Below are positions 12,131 to 24,660 of a stretch of DNA of 64,000 nucleotides, piece after piece. Every line of letters starts with the position of its first letter. Position 1 is the stretch's first letter. The stretch spans positions 126,978,001 to 127,042,000 of the forward strand of contig NC_058368.1 of assembly GCF_018350175.1 (NCBI RefSeq), written 5' to 3'. The position numbers and the translations under genes were made by a program. The notes beneath the pieces were generated by a model. It made no database searches and had not been told where the DNA came from. It saw only the letters and a program-made list of their open reading frames with translations. This DNA is from Felis catus (taxonomy: Eukaryota).

Positions 12131-13632
12131 GACAGAGGTTAAGTTTGAGGTTATTTTGACCTCTTATTTTTAAGCGCACAAAATAGATATCTTTCTACAG
12201 TGTAACATAAAAAATCAATACAGATTGAGCAAATTATAATTTAGCCTTTCTTGGATAACTCCATGTTGTCAATCTGAACGTCAATTACCGCACTTAGCTG
12301 TCCAGATGGAGGTGCGCTGTTAAGGTTTCCTAAGACAGTTTGAGCTTATTCCACCTTCCAAAAGTCCCCCAAACAGCAGTGCTGTTTTTTCTAGGTGATG
12401 TTGATAGATTCTGTTTCCTCCTTTGTTTGCAGGTTATCAGCCGCCACTTGGCTACTAGCAGTTGTGATTTTCCCTGGAATCTCCTATTCACCTTTTTCTG
12501 ATTTGCTTATCTGATTTTGGAAGGCATGGACCCACTCATATATCAGTATACATTTCTCTTGCTAGCAAAGTGCATTATCTTTGGTAGGCAAAGTCTTGAA
12601 CGTCTATTTTGGGTGCTCAGAGACCTCTTTGCTTCCTTCCTGGTGCTCATCTTTATTACAGGAAGAAGGGGACACTGTGGGGGTTGGGGGCTGAATTCTT
12701 AATAGCTGGGATATATACTGCTGTTAATAATTGAGGTCTACATATATGTCATGTTTGCTGAAACATAATGTGTATATAGAGAAAAGGCTGAGGGAACACT
12801 GAGCTTACTTAGCAAAAGTTATTTCTCTTCTACAAAACCTACGTTGTTTGTTGAGTGATTTCATCAGAGTCATCTGCAAGCCATATCTATGATTACATAA
12901 ATAATTAACAATAGTTTTAAAATACCTTTGAAATGATTTTGGTTCTGTTTACATCCCCAACAATGTAACTCCCACAATATTTTGGCAGGTTTATAATTAT
13001 TATTGGAAAATACATTTCTTATCTCAGAGAGTTTGTGAATTAATGTTTACTGTACAGCTAACAAATATATAGACAAAAATGTGTAAATGGCTAGGAAATG
13101 AAATGGAAATCTTTGTCCAAATTCATTATCAACATGTTTTCAGCATGTATTATGCTAAGCTGCATTATAATGCACTTTCCTTGAGGAAATACATTTAAGA
13201 AATTAAAATGGCATAAAGCATACAATTCCTCATTGTATAATCCAAATAAACAAGAATGATTTTCAGAAAGCTCATCCCATGGATTTCTTTTTAATTTATA
13301 CACTATAGGTAACTTACACTCTATGATGAGTATACTAACCAAATTTTTGCCCTCTGACCCTGATTTACCAATTTTACACAATTCAGACTTCCTAAGACAG
13401 GATTTGAAAATAAACAATATTTGCCAACATGTGCAAGCATGCTCAATGAGCATCTATGCACATGTATTTTACTACCTTTCCTTTCTTTTTCAGTCTGAGT
13501 GCTTTTAAAAATCAGCATAACCACAATAAAAAGAAACCACAACTGCCCTATTATTGAATTACAAAGCAATGTGTGTGGGAAACACCCCTCTGGAGTTTTA
13601 AGAGAGTCAAAAGGAAGATGTCCTGCACGTAC

Positions 13633-13739
13633 TCCACGGCTGCAGGAATTCTGGTGAAAGGAGATACCAATCCAGAACTGCTTGGACGATGACTGTGCAG
13701 CCAGCAAGAGGTGGAGGAATGACGGGAAAGCTTGGGAAG
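13633..13739 (-). other. Candidate internal exon, 107 nt (alternative acceptor at 13693-13694 gives 60 nt), probably untranslated
   Basis: Minus strand: ~88-nt AG-free pyrimidine-rich tract with CTGAC branch-like motif (13787-13791), acceptor aatcAG, donor GGA|GTACGT; no ATG within the exon. Confidence 0.5.
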
Positions 13740-15370
13740 CTGATTGGCAGGCAGGAGAGGCAAGCAGGGAGGAGTGGAAGATGAAAGTCAGAAAAGACAG
13801 CAGGAATGAAAAGAGGTGCAGATGTGAAGCTAGAGTAGACCTCCTATTCTAAGTTTCCACATTCCAAGCAAGTTTTTAAAAAGTTCAAAGAAATACAACC
13901 TTCTGCAAGATGAGAAGTTGCTTTAGGGAACTGATTTTAAATAAGTAATAGTTGGTAATTACTCAATACAATCATTAGCAACAAAAATGGCAAGATTAAA
14001 TACCAATAAAATACTTCACAATACACAGTGCAGCCAGGTGCAGACTTCTTTATCCGAACTCAATTTCTCTACACTTAAGCCACTATTATTTTTGTGGCTT
14101 CACAGTGGCTTTACCCAATACTCTAAAGTACAATTTCTCCACATAGGGGTTGTTACAAAACATCGAGATTGCTGCTGAGCTGAATTACTCTAACCTACGT
14201 GAAGGAGGTCTCATTGGCATATTATTCTATTCTGGGGTCTCACTGCTACCAACTCATCTAGTTGTCACATAAAGCACCTGAAAATACTGTTTTTGTCAAA
14301 ATATTGCCATGCCCATCTGTGTTCAAAAACCATTAATGACTGACTATCAACTTTAGGTTCACATCTGAAACATCTTAGTTTGGCCAAGGCTTTCCCTTCT
14401 AATCTCACTCATTTGGACCCTCTACTACAGGACTATTACACTTGTCACACACATCTTTGATTCAACAACTGTGCATCTTATGTGGGCAGATTGATCCCCT
14501 GTATCTATTTAAATACACTCTACAGTAAGCTGCTTAAATGTTAAACCCCATATTTTCCACCTATGTATCCCAGGTCTGACATGCCTGGCATGTAGAAGGT
14601 GCTCCAATCAATATTTGTTGATAGTGAATACAGCAACTTAGATAAATAAATAAAGCCATATGTATGTGGTAGGTCTACTCTGGCTCTTGTTCATAGCACT
14701 GACTACTGTAAGGAATAGATCTCAGTGACTTTGCTACAAAGCAACCACCAGGGAACAAATTTCAAAGAGGAAATAATTTATTCACAGTCTTATGAAGATT
14801 TTCAGTATTGCTTTCTTCCTAGGCACCATCCAGTGTACCTGACCTAATTCTCCTTGTTCTTCAGAACAATGGTCTGTTCTTCCAGTTTAGATGTTTTTCT
14901 TGTATGCATTTGTTGTCTTTCTTCCCTTTATCAGCACCAACAGCAGACACACCACAATTCAAGTGAAATCTTCTTGACCTTGGGAAATCTTCACAGTTAT
15001 TCTATTATTCTATGCTTCATACCTTACAAATGAAAATTCTGCCACAGGACTTGGGGCAGTGAAAGAAACAAAGGAGGGTAAAGGAAAGCATGAAAGAATT
15101 ATATAAATTGGGGTGGGAAGGATGAAAGAAAAAATATTTTTGAGAGCCAAAAGGTAGTAAAATTCTAAAACTCTTAATTCAAATTTACTGCCTACCTCCA
15201 CCTTTAAGGAAGATGGCTGATGTCATATTCATACAAGTGAGTTTCTTCCTTAATGGTCAAATTCTTATTTTTTGGTTTAAAGATCCAAGGATCCTTCTAA
15301 CAATGGGCAAACAAAACAAAAATAAATGCTTTTAGAAAAACGCTAATTAATATTAAATATCAAAAGAATA

Positions 15371-15580
15371 GGGGCACTTGGGTGGTTCAGTTGGTTAGGC
15401 ATCTGTCTCTTGATTTCAGCTCAAGTCATGATCTCATGGTTCATGGGATCAAGGCCAATGTCCGATTGTGCTGATAGTGAGGAGCCTAATTGGGATTCTC
15501 TCCATCCCTCTCTCTCTGGCCCTCCCCTGCTCATGCTCTCTGTCTCTCTCAAAATAGATAAATAACCATGAAAAAAAAAG
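15371..15580 (+). mobile_element. Can-SINE
   Basis: ggggcacttgggtggttcag head, CT-rich region, A tail. Confidence 0.92.
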
Positions 15581-15820
15581 AGAATAGAGGAAAGTTATGC
15601 TTTGCTTATAGAATATGTGGGTTACCAACATACAGGCTCTATCTATTGAAGTAATATTATTTGAGGAATTGAAATAATTCTTTAGACAGTCCAGACAAAA
15701 TGTTTCTAACACCAGAGCAGAGGATGTAGATTAATTTTATGAAGTCTGACTTTCTTTACTGTTTATAGAACACCAGATTGTTATTATGTTTTCCATCTCA
15801 TTTCTAACTTGTGCTTTTTC

Positions 15821-16047
15821 TTTTTTTTTTAAATTTTTTTCAACGTTTATTTTATTTTTGGGGGGACAGAGAGAGACAGAGCATGAACGGGGGAGGGGCA
15901 GAGAGAGAGGGAGACACAGAATCGGAAACAGGCTTCAGGCTCTGAGCCATCAGCCCTGAGCCTGACGCGGGGCTCGAACTCACGGAGTGTGAGATCGTGA
16001 CCTGGCTGAAGTCGGACGCTTAACCGACTGCGCCACCCAGGCGCCCC
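15821..16047 (-). mobile_element. Young Can-SINE (SINEC_Fc-like) with 16-bp TSD
   Basis: Near-consensus and CpG-rich; TSD taacttgtgctttttc at 15805-15820 and 16049-16064. Confidence 0.97.
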
Positions 16048-16778
16048 ATAACTTGTGCTTTTTCAAAGGTGCTTATATGACAAAGAAAATAACAGAGACT
16101 ATAATAAGAAACCTTAGAATATAGTGACTTTCTATCCAGTAATACTATTTTTCAATCACTGAGCTCTGCTGTATGTTTTAGCATGAGCCATTCAGTCATG
16201 CTCCACAAGGGATAAGGTGAAAACATCCTGTGATTCATTTCAATTCCACTACTGTTCACATTCAGAGAAATAGATATGAAGGGCCTGAGATAGAAATGCA
16301 GAACAAAAGAAAAGCCTACTTGTAATCTACAGTTCCACAGAGGTTGATGGGGAAAAGTGCAAAATGAAATAAAACCAGCAACACTCTAAAATCCAAAAAT
16401 ATTAATTATTCCTACACCAATGCATTAAACAAAACAAAACAAACAAACAAACAACAACACAACAAAACCTTGAAGGTAACTTTCATTTTGTTCATGATTA
16501 TGTTTGACTTTCCTTTACTATATCCCACAACATATGGGGTTGCTGCATGAAATCTTCTTCACTGACTGTGACCTGGGTAGAATCATCCATTCATCCATTG
16601 ATCAAGCACATATGAATCCCATTCATGTGCCAAGCACTTTGAGTACTTCGAAATCCAATATCAACGAGGCATAGTGTAAACTCTAAAGAACATCACAGGC
16701 TTACAGTTAGCCAAGGCCCTATCTTTTAAAATTCATAAAGCTATACTCTGAGGTCCTTAGTGCTCCATTCTTCCTTTC

Positions 16779-16983
16779 TTTTTTTAATTTTTATTTATTT
16801 TTGAGAGAGAGAGAGCATGTGCAAGCAGGGGAGGGGCAGAGAGGGGGGTATGCAGAATCCCAAGCAGACTCCAGGCTCTGAGCTGTCAGCAAAGAGCCCA
16901 ATGTGGCACTTGCACTCACGAACCCTGAGATCATGACCTGAGCTGAAGTCATACGCTTAACCGACTGAGCTACCTAGGTGCCC
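16779..16983 (-). mobile_element. Can-SINE
   Basis: Reverse-complement head (accgactgagctacctaggtgccc) and T-rich tail. Confidence 0.93.
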
Positions 16984-17004
16984 ACCCATTCTTTATTTTC
17001 ATCT

Positions 17005-17178
17005 AAAAATTATTTACTGAGGTGACAGTCACATAATAGAAAATTAAATTTTTAAAGTGAATAATTCAGTGGCATTTAGCACATTCACCATATTATGCAA
17101 CTACCACCTCGGTCTTGTTCCAAATATTTACATCATTCCAATAATATCCCTGACCCATTAAAAAGTTTCTCCCTCCAA
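17005..17178 (-). mobile_element. Old L1M 3' end fragment (L1MB-like)
   Basis: tttaaagtgaataattcagtggcatttagcacattcac…tgcaactaccacc, typical antisense L1M 3' UTR. Confidence 0.7.
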
Positions 17179-18139
17179 GACCACCATCAGTTTCAAGGTG
17201 TAGGAGGCAGGAAACTTTCATTTAAAAACAGGCTTTGAAAAAACTCATCTACACAAGGAATCATTCCGAGGAATTGTGTAGGAATTATGTAGGAACTGAG
17301 GAAAATATACTCAAGTCAGAGAGCCTTTCAAAATCAGAGTCAGCCTCCAATCTTAGGGTTTTAAAAATGGCATTCTTCATTTTGTTTGGGGGTGTTGTGT
17401 TTTGTTTTTTAGACATTGCCAATTTTCCAGATTCTCATTTCCAAAAGCCTGTAGATGTTGCCTTTGGTCCAGTGGCTAAGGTGTTGTTGTACTGATAATA
17501 TTCTGACACACCAAATTTCTAAAGATCAATTAATACGAAGAATTTTCAGATCTGTGTGTTTATTTACTCTCTATGTCTTAGGGCTTCATCTAAATCCCAG
17601 GGCGTGCATTCTGTCTTCACCATAAGCAATAGCACAGCTGATTCTAAAAATGTCTCCATGGTATCTTTGTTTAAGTTTCTTCAGCAAACTCTTCTTTGAG
17701 ATTTACTTTCTTTGCCAATTCAGGTAATTGGGTTGATTAAAAAAAAAACAACAAAACAAAACTCCTTCCTGGTAATCTTTTTTCCCTTTCATCGTCTGCT
17801 GTTTACAAATCTTCTTACTTCTTAATTTTGCTGCACACCTCCAATTCTTTGTTCCTTCAACTGTTGTTTTGCCATCAGAACATTTGATTCCAAAGCTTAC
17901 AACCTTTCTAGTTCATTAAAAATATGAATTGCCAAGCTTCTTGCTCTTGACATTGTAGTTCTTACTAGAAGCATCAAGCCAAATGTTTTACCCTCAATTC
18001 TACTCCATTCCAGACATCCCGTCCCCTAATACTTACAGATAGGAAAGAGGTGAGCCCCTGTAAATCTGAAAACTTGTGGATGTGGAAGCCTAAATGGCAG
18101 AGACAGGTCAGTAACTGTTTTAGAAGGAAACTATACTGA

Positions 18140-18295
18140 GGCAACATAGTGCAGCACTGTGGTTAAAAACATATTGTGAAAACCAGATGGCCTTGGGTCC
18201 ACATTTGGCGCTACTGCTTACAAACTACAACCCTGTACATGTTGTTTAAATTCCCTGAGTAGCAGCTTTCTCATCTGGGCTATGTAAAAAGGTAG
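18140..18295 (+). mobile_element. MIR SINE fragment
   Basis: gtggttaaaaac…ccagatggccttgggtcc…ctactgcttac…ttttctcatctg. Confidence 0.6.
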
Positions 18296-18300
18296 TATTA

Positions 18301-18379
18301 TTTATTTATTAAAAAATTTTAATGTGTATTTTTGAAAGAGAGATAGAGAGACAGAGACAGAGCATGAGTGGGTAAGGGC

Positions 18380-18434
<55 letters not shown>

Positions 18435-18566
18435 CAGAATCTCAAACAGGCTCCAGGCTCTGAGCCATCAGTACAGAGCCTGACACAATGCTCGAACTCA
18501 TGAACCAGGAGATCATGACCTGAGCTGAAGTTGGACATTTAACCAACTGAGCCACCCAGGTGCCCC
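18301..18566 (-). mobile_element. Can-SINE with expanded (GA)n
   Basis: Reverse-complement head ending actgagccacccaggtgcccc. Confidence 0.94.
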
Positions 18567-20190
18567 AAAAGTCAGTATTGTTTAATGGACAGATCTTGTC
18601 TTTATACCAATCATAGTATTTACACAGCAGTCAATTCAATGAATTGCCTCAGAAACTGCTGAAAAGTTTTAGTTGTTGGAAAATGTACTCATAGAGGAAC
18701 AATTTTTCCTTCTCCAAGCCCAGTTTCATATTCTGCCCTGAGTGGTATCTGTATATTATAACACCTTTTTAATCTTTACTTCCCTAGTTATGAACTGAGG
18801 GAGACTGAGTGATAAGTTGTATTCCTTGCATTTGGCCTCTCCTATTCTGGGATTTTATTTTACAAGAGAGGACCACTGAGGAGTAAGAGAGAGGCTGTTG
18901 TGGGCAGTGGTTTGCTCAAGGTCTCACAGAGAGGCCTGCTGCAAACCAGCTCATTCTAACCTGGTTCTCAGCAAGTTTGATTTCCACTTATGTAAACCAT
19001 ACTTTCTTATTTCTCTCTTCTCATTTATCACAGCTCAGCCTGACTCTAAGCTTCTTTCACTTCTACCTCCCTAAATTTTGCTCTAATAACTCTGTAACTA
19101 ACTAACCTACCTCTCTGAGAGTTCTTCTTATATAAGTGGTTGTTCTATTAACCTCCCCAAATCAGTTACTTTACCACTACTATTCTATTGCAACCAGTTA
19201 AAATTAATGGGATCTATAAGGTAAAACAGAAAAGAGAAAAAAAAAACTCAAACATACATGTTGGATTAAAAATTGTAAGCTAGAAAATATTAATGAGTTT
19301 CAAAATCACAATATATTCAATTATCAATAAATTTATGCAGAAAAAAGATGAAAATGTGGACAGGATGATTATTTCCTAAATTTACAGTAGAGACTGTTCT
19401 GGAGAAGGAGGCAGGGAAATGGGCTTAATGGTGGTAGTGGGGACATGGGGTCCTCAAAATTCATCTCTATAGTTTTATTTCTTCTTTTAAAAAAACCCTG
19501 AAGTAGTCATAACAAATATTAATATTTGAAAATTCTAATTTGTGTGTACAATTTTTTACATATTGTCATCCCTGGTAATTTTTTTTTCCAAATTAATTCT
19601 AAAAGAGTTATATGTGCTACTCAAAGAACTAAGACATCTTAGATCTCTCACTGAATGGTTCAAATGCTGAGGTAAGACCTGTACTACGACTATGTGTAAC
19701 CAAAGCCACAGGGCTCCCAATACTTCTAGTTTTGGATTTCAGCAGTTAGAGGAGATTGGACTATTTTGTTTCCATGGCTCATTAAGCTCGGGTTAGACTG
19801 GTGTCCATAATCAAATTCACTGCATTTATCCCTGCCTCCTCCCTATGAAATCAGGCCGGACCTTAGGGAAAAGAAAGAATAAAACATACCCCAAATCCAT
19901 AGTAATTCTGCCCATAAAGGAAATTAACACACCTGAAACGGATTAAATTCTTTTTCCTTTTCTAAATGATCCCCTTCCTTAAGCTTCCTCTGTCAGTTCA
20001 CTGCCAACCCTATTTGCTAATTCCCATCCCTCATAGGGTTCACTAGCACTTCCTGTTGCAAATTAGTGTTCCCTGAAACTGAGCCTGACATCTCCAAAAC
20101 ACACCCAAACTCTGGGGGCTACTGGGCTTCCTGCTGGTGTGTCTGGTGCAAAGGGCACCCAAACATCCACAGGGGCTGATCCATCATTAC

Positions 20191-20209
20191 CTGTGGCCTG
20201 GGAGTGTTC
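20191..20209 (-). other. Candidate 19-nt microexon (GAACACTCCCAGGCCACAG)
   Basis: Minus strand: ~90-nt AG-free pyrimidine-rich zone (20212-20300), acceptor ctcacaccAG, donor CAG|GTAATG. Confidence 0.55.
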
Positions 20210-20541
20210 CTGGTGTGAGAACGGAATAGTGAGAGACAAGAGGAAACCATGGGTAGGAAGAAGGGAGAGGGTTTTCATTATTTTTCAGGGGAGGAAATGA
20301 CCTCGACTGAGAATAATGCAGAACCAAAGGAGAAAGGTGGGACAGATGGAGAGATGACAGACATAGGGACAGACACAGGAGCAATACGGAGTAACAGGTC
20401 CGAATACTTGTAACCAAGGCAACACAGCAGTAAAGGTACAGAGAATGGTAATAGCAGGTCTGTATTGTGTTAATAGGATTAACACCAAAGTCAATTGCTT
20501 TTTAACTTTTTTGAGGACAAAAGCCTTGTGAGAAGACTCAC

Positions 20542-20660
20542 CTCCTCCACCCAGTGTACCATCTCACACTCAGGACTGAGCAGGTGGAAGGAGGGCTCTG
20601 ATCCTCTGAGAGCTGATCGAGAACCCTTCCTATAAGATCTTGGTTCTGCAGCTGCAGAAT
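20542..20660 (-). other. 3' end of a candidate (probably first or leader) exon; 5' boundary undefined
   Basis: Strong donor GAG|GTGAGT (20536-20541). No polypyrimidine acceptor upstream, where the minus strand reads an A-run, so it may extend toward the promoter-like region. Confidence 0.5.
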
Positions 20661-22149
20661 CCTTTTTTTTCTTTTTTTTTTTTTTTGGCAATAAAGACAT
20701 GTATTATTTAAAAAAAGAAGAAGATAAGGTAGAAAGGAAGGAAGAGAGGGAGGAAGGGAAGGAGAAAGATTCCATTTATAAGCCTCATACAAAACTAAAA
20801 TCAAAACAAAACAAAAGGGCCAATATGAACCAAGTTACAGATTCATTTGTGTCTTTCAAGAGGACGAGTGGATCACTGCGTGGATAATTAGCCCTCTTTA
20901 CAATATTAGACTGAGCAAGACAGGTTAAGCGTACATAGTAAACATGCTTTGCTAAAGACCTTCTTCTTTTATTCACTCTGTCCCATTAGATGGAAGAAGT
21001 CCATTTTAATGTAATCTTTATTTTTAAGGACAAAGTTGAGGGAGGGGTGGGTTCTACCCTAAAGATTCATTGTGTATTTGAAAGAATTGCTGCTTTATGC
21101 TTCTTCATTTTCAAAATGAAACAGGTCTTGGAAATCAAAGAACCGTTACATTACAGAGCTTCTCTCTCACACAGCTCCTCCTCCAGTACCGTCCATTTAA
21201 AGTAGGAATTTCGAATAATGCAGCTTATTAAATCCATGTTTTCTGCCAGATTCTGCTCTACGTGCATATGTTCTTTTGTTTCCCTCCTAACATTTCCATG
21301 GCTCAGAAACCAGTCTTTCTGGTATAGCTGAAGGATATGGATATTAAAATCAGATCAGCAAAAGATTTTATAGACTTGGGAAGCTGCCAATCAATGTTGT
21401 AAAATCAAGCAGGTCATGTAGGTGGTGATATCATCAAGTCTATTCTATGTAGTTTCAATATTGCTGTTGGAGGAGGGGCTGGAGCCAGGGTCGAGCTGGC
21501 GAACAATTGGGAGTGGGCAAGGCAATGAAAGGATTAATTGTGGAATTTGAAAGTGGGGGCAATTTACATTAAAGAATTGTTTTCAAAGACTTCCTAACCT
21601 CCAAGACATTTTCCAGTCTAGGTAACCTTTGAGTCACAGCTGGAGGTGATGTTCTTGGAGCTGCCTCTGAAAGCTGAAATCACAACACGCCTGCAGCGTT
21701 CCCTTCCCAAACCCACAACTTTGTCATCTTCTCAAGCAGACACACAAACACTCAAGAGTCCACAGTACTGTTTTGGGGTGGGCGGGGGGAGAGGGTTTGT
21801 TGCTTTGTAGTAGCTCTTTTGAAGTGTTTAATTCCTCCTTTGTAATCTATTCATCAACACGCATTTCAAGCATATCAGTTTTAGCTCAAAGATTGCATTC
21901 ACAGGGGTTTATTTTCTCCTGTGGCTCAGGGCCTCTGTCCAGCATCTGGGTGGCACAGTTTTGTTTTATCTGAGTTCAGAAACGTTAAGAAAATTAAATT
22001 CTTTCTCTCTCCCATCCTTTCCACTGGCCAATTCAGGCTAAGATGTCACTGAGGTTGGGTGTGAGCAAGTGAGTGTGTGTGCAAAGGAGCACCGTGTGCC
22101 TGTCTTTGTAAAATACAGGAAATGCATAAAAGAAAGAAGAGTTCAGCTG

Positions 22150-22320
22150 GAGCCACTGCTGCTCGGCTTTGCTTCTTTCCCCTCCTCCCCTCTTCCTCCT
22201 CCCTCCGAGCACCGGCTTTTAATTTTCAACAGCACTGCAATTGCTTGGTGTGGTTTCAAGAGCTGGGGTGCCATTCTCCCTGATGATGACTCTGCTGACG
22301 TCAATGGCATTCTTATCATG
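22150..22320 (-). promoter_or_regulatory. Candidate promoter: full CRE palindrome, TATA-like element and purine-rich leader
   Basis: TGACGTCA at 22296-22303, extended as TGCTGACGTCA; AATTAAAAG on the minus strand at ~22224-22216; local CpG retention; lies in a ~3-kb region without recognisable interspersed repeats. Confidence 0.5.
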
Positions 22321-22590
22321 CCTAGTGCGACATCAGAAACCAGCCCTCAGAGGCTCCTCTTATTCAGGCTGTCTGGGCTCTCAGTAAAACGTGGACTGGA
22401 TTTCTCAAATGAAAAGGACTTATGCTCTGATCCTAGCAAGCAAGCTCTGCTCTCAGCCAGACACCCTTCTGTATGACAGCTTGGCAGTTAAAGCTTTATT
22501 CCTTAGTGTTCTCTTCTGCTCAGACTCCCTGAAGGAGAAAAGAAGACTAAGTGGAGCACAGGGCTACCTCTGTGTCTGGAGCTTTCAGAG

Positions 22591-22652
22591 ACGTGTGTGT
22601 GTGTGTGTGTGTGTGTGTGCACATGCGCCTGTGTGTGTGTGTGTGTGTGTGT
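22591..22652. repeat. Interrupted (TG)n alternating purine-pyrimidine tract
   Basis: Two TG runs joined by a short cacatgcgcc linker. Confidence 0.95.
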
Positions 22653-23419
22653 TTCCCCACCACCAAGGCAAAACTGCTTGACCTGATTGTTCTTTCGGTT
22701 TTGCTAAAGCATTTGAGGTGGTTCCCCTCTATACAGTGGACCAGATCCACTCATTTAAGTACTCCTGGCTTGCTGGCTTACTTTCTGGGTCAGAACTGGA
22801 GCTCAGGTCCAAACATCAAGCCCATTTTCACTTCCAGATTGCAGCAAACACCTCTCTCCTCTTTTTTTTTTTTTTTTTGTAATAAAAGAGGTTGGGAGAA
22901 GTAGGGAGATAATTATAGCTAAATAATAAGAGTAATGACAATAATAGCTGAATACAAAAACAATATCATTGAGAATTTAACATTTTCCTCTAAATACTCA
23001 TGAGTTTTTAAGAGGTCTGATCTCAAAGGCTAGAATTATAAGATAGCCACTTGATGCTAAAATCCACCATTAGCTTTCCACCCAGCAGTTGGAGAGCAAC
23101 TGTTATGATGATGACAAAACTTCCTTTTGCAGTAGAGTTTATTATGGTCCAAATCTAGCCTAAACCATTTCAGATACGTCTATAGTTCAAATGTAAAGTC
23201 AAGGACATTTAACATGAGGAGAAAATGGTACATATCTAGGTAGGTTTCTTTGGCCCAATCTTTCCTATAGACAAATCAAAATGACCTTGGTATCTACCAA
23301 CCACATGACGATGGTTCCTCTTAAAGATTGCTGAGCCACCCTTAATAAACTTTTTAGAAGCAAGTCATCTAGAGAGAACCCATTTAACAATGTATGACAT
23401 GTATAATCATTAATTCCGT

Positions 23420-23600
23420 CTAGAACTAGTTGGAATCATAACATTAAGGAACATAGGCTTACACCTAGTTTAACCCTTCCACCTTCACATGAGGAAACTG
23501 AGGCCCAGAGGTAGTTTCATGATGTACTCAAGGTCATGCAAAAAAGAAGTGGCATGACTGAAAAACTCAAGCCATCTCGCTCTTTATGTATGTTTTTTTC
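23420..23600 (-). mobile_element. MIR/MIR3 fragment
   Basis: acatgaggaaactgaggcccagagg…ctcaaggtcatgca. Confidence 0.7.
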
Positions 23601-24209
23601 ACTTCTGCTGCTGATTATTTACAGCCCAAACTTTTGCCTAGAAGTTTTTATTTGTCATACAAATATGAATAGTAATTCTGAATTTCTTGATTGAAATGAA
23701 TTTTTAGGAGTTTTTAGATTAAGAGAGTCATTACAAATTTCTTCTTCTTTTCAGGAAGTTCTACAACTAGTGAAAACGTTATTAAATGGAATGGGACAAA
23801 ATAATATACATTGCAATACTATGGAATGGAATTCCATGGAATGGCATGGAATTCAGATGGCTTTTTAAAAAAGTAATGATGGAGCCTGAGTAGAGACATT
23901 GGAGATTTATCTGGACATTCCATATACCTGAGCCCCCTGCATCTGGCCATCATCCTGCCTCATTTACTACTTACCTTGCAGCAGCCTGATTGTAGCATGG
24001 GAATACTCATATAATTTATTCACTTTCTAATTCAAGCCATTGGCTTAATGTTTGCTCCCTTGTACATTTGATATTTATAGTTACCTTCTTCCCTCCCCCT
24101 CATATCAGTCTCCTTAGAAGACTATAACTGCTTTGATAAGTCACTTTTAGACACTCTCTTTTGGGCAGATGCATCATCACCCTCTGGTCCGGAATGGAGA
24201 AGAGATGAG

Positions 24210-24660
24210 ACCAAGTTGAGAGGTGCTAGGTTTAGGGTTGGAAACCTGGCTTGCTACTATATAATTATAGGGTATTCTTAAACTTTCTGAGCCCCTGTTT
24301 CCTCATCTGTAAAATAGGAATAATGATCCCTAACTTATAGGATTATTGAAAGAGTTAGAGAGGCCCCTGGGTGGCTCAGTCAGTTTAGCTTCCGACTTAC
24401 ACTCAGGTCGTGATCTCATGGTTCCTGAGTTTGGGCTCCATGTCGGGCTCTATGCTGACAGTTCAGAGCCTGGAGTCTGTTTTGGATTTTGTGTCTCCCT
24501 CTCTCTCTGCCTTCCCACTGCTTGTGCTCTGCCTCTCTTTCTCTCGAAAGTAAATAAACATTTAAAAAGATTAAAAAAAAAAAAGAAAGGGTTAGAGAAG
24601 ATGTTTACTAAGCTCCTGTTAGACTACCTGGCACATAGGAGAAACGCAAGAAAGGATAAT
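24210..24660 (+). mobile_element. MIR SINE interrupted by a Can-SINE
   Basis: ctgagcccctgtttcctcatctgtaaaataggaataat… and, after the SINE, cctggcacatagga. Confidence 0.7.
24361..24584 (+). mobile_element. Can-SINE
   Basis: Head ggcccctgggtggctcagtc; TSD gaaag(a/g)gttagag at 24348-24360 and 24585-24597. Confidence 0.93.

Noticed and set aside
12405..12440. Plus-strand acceptor ctgtttcctcctttgtttgcAG
   Set aside because: No convincing downstream donor or coding frame, and it is opposite to the strand with coherent splice signals
23815..23862. (GGAAT)-like pentamer repeats resembling satellite III
   Set aside because: Only a few degenerate units; ordinary low-complexity sequence
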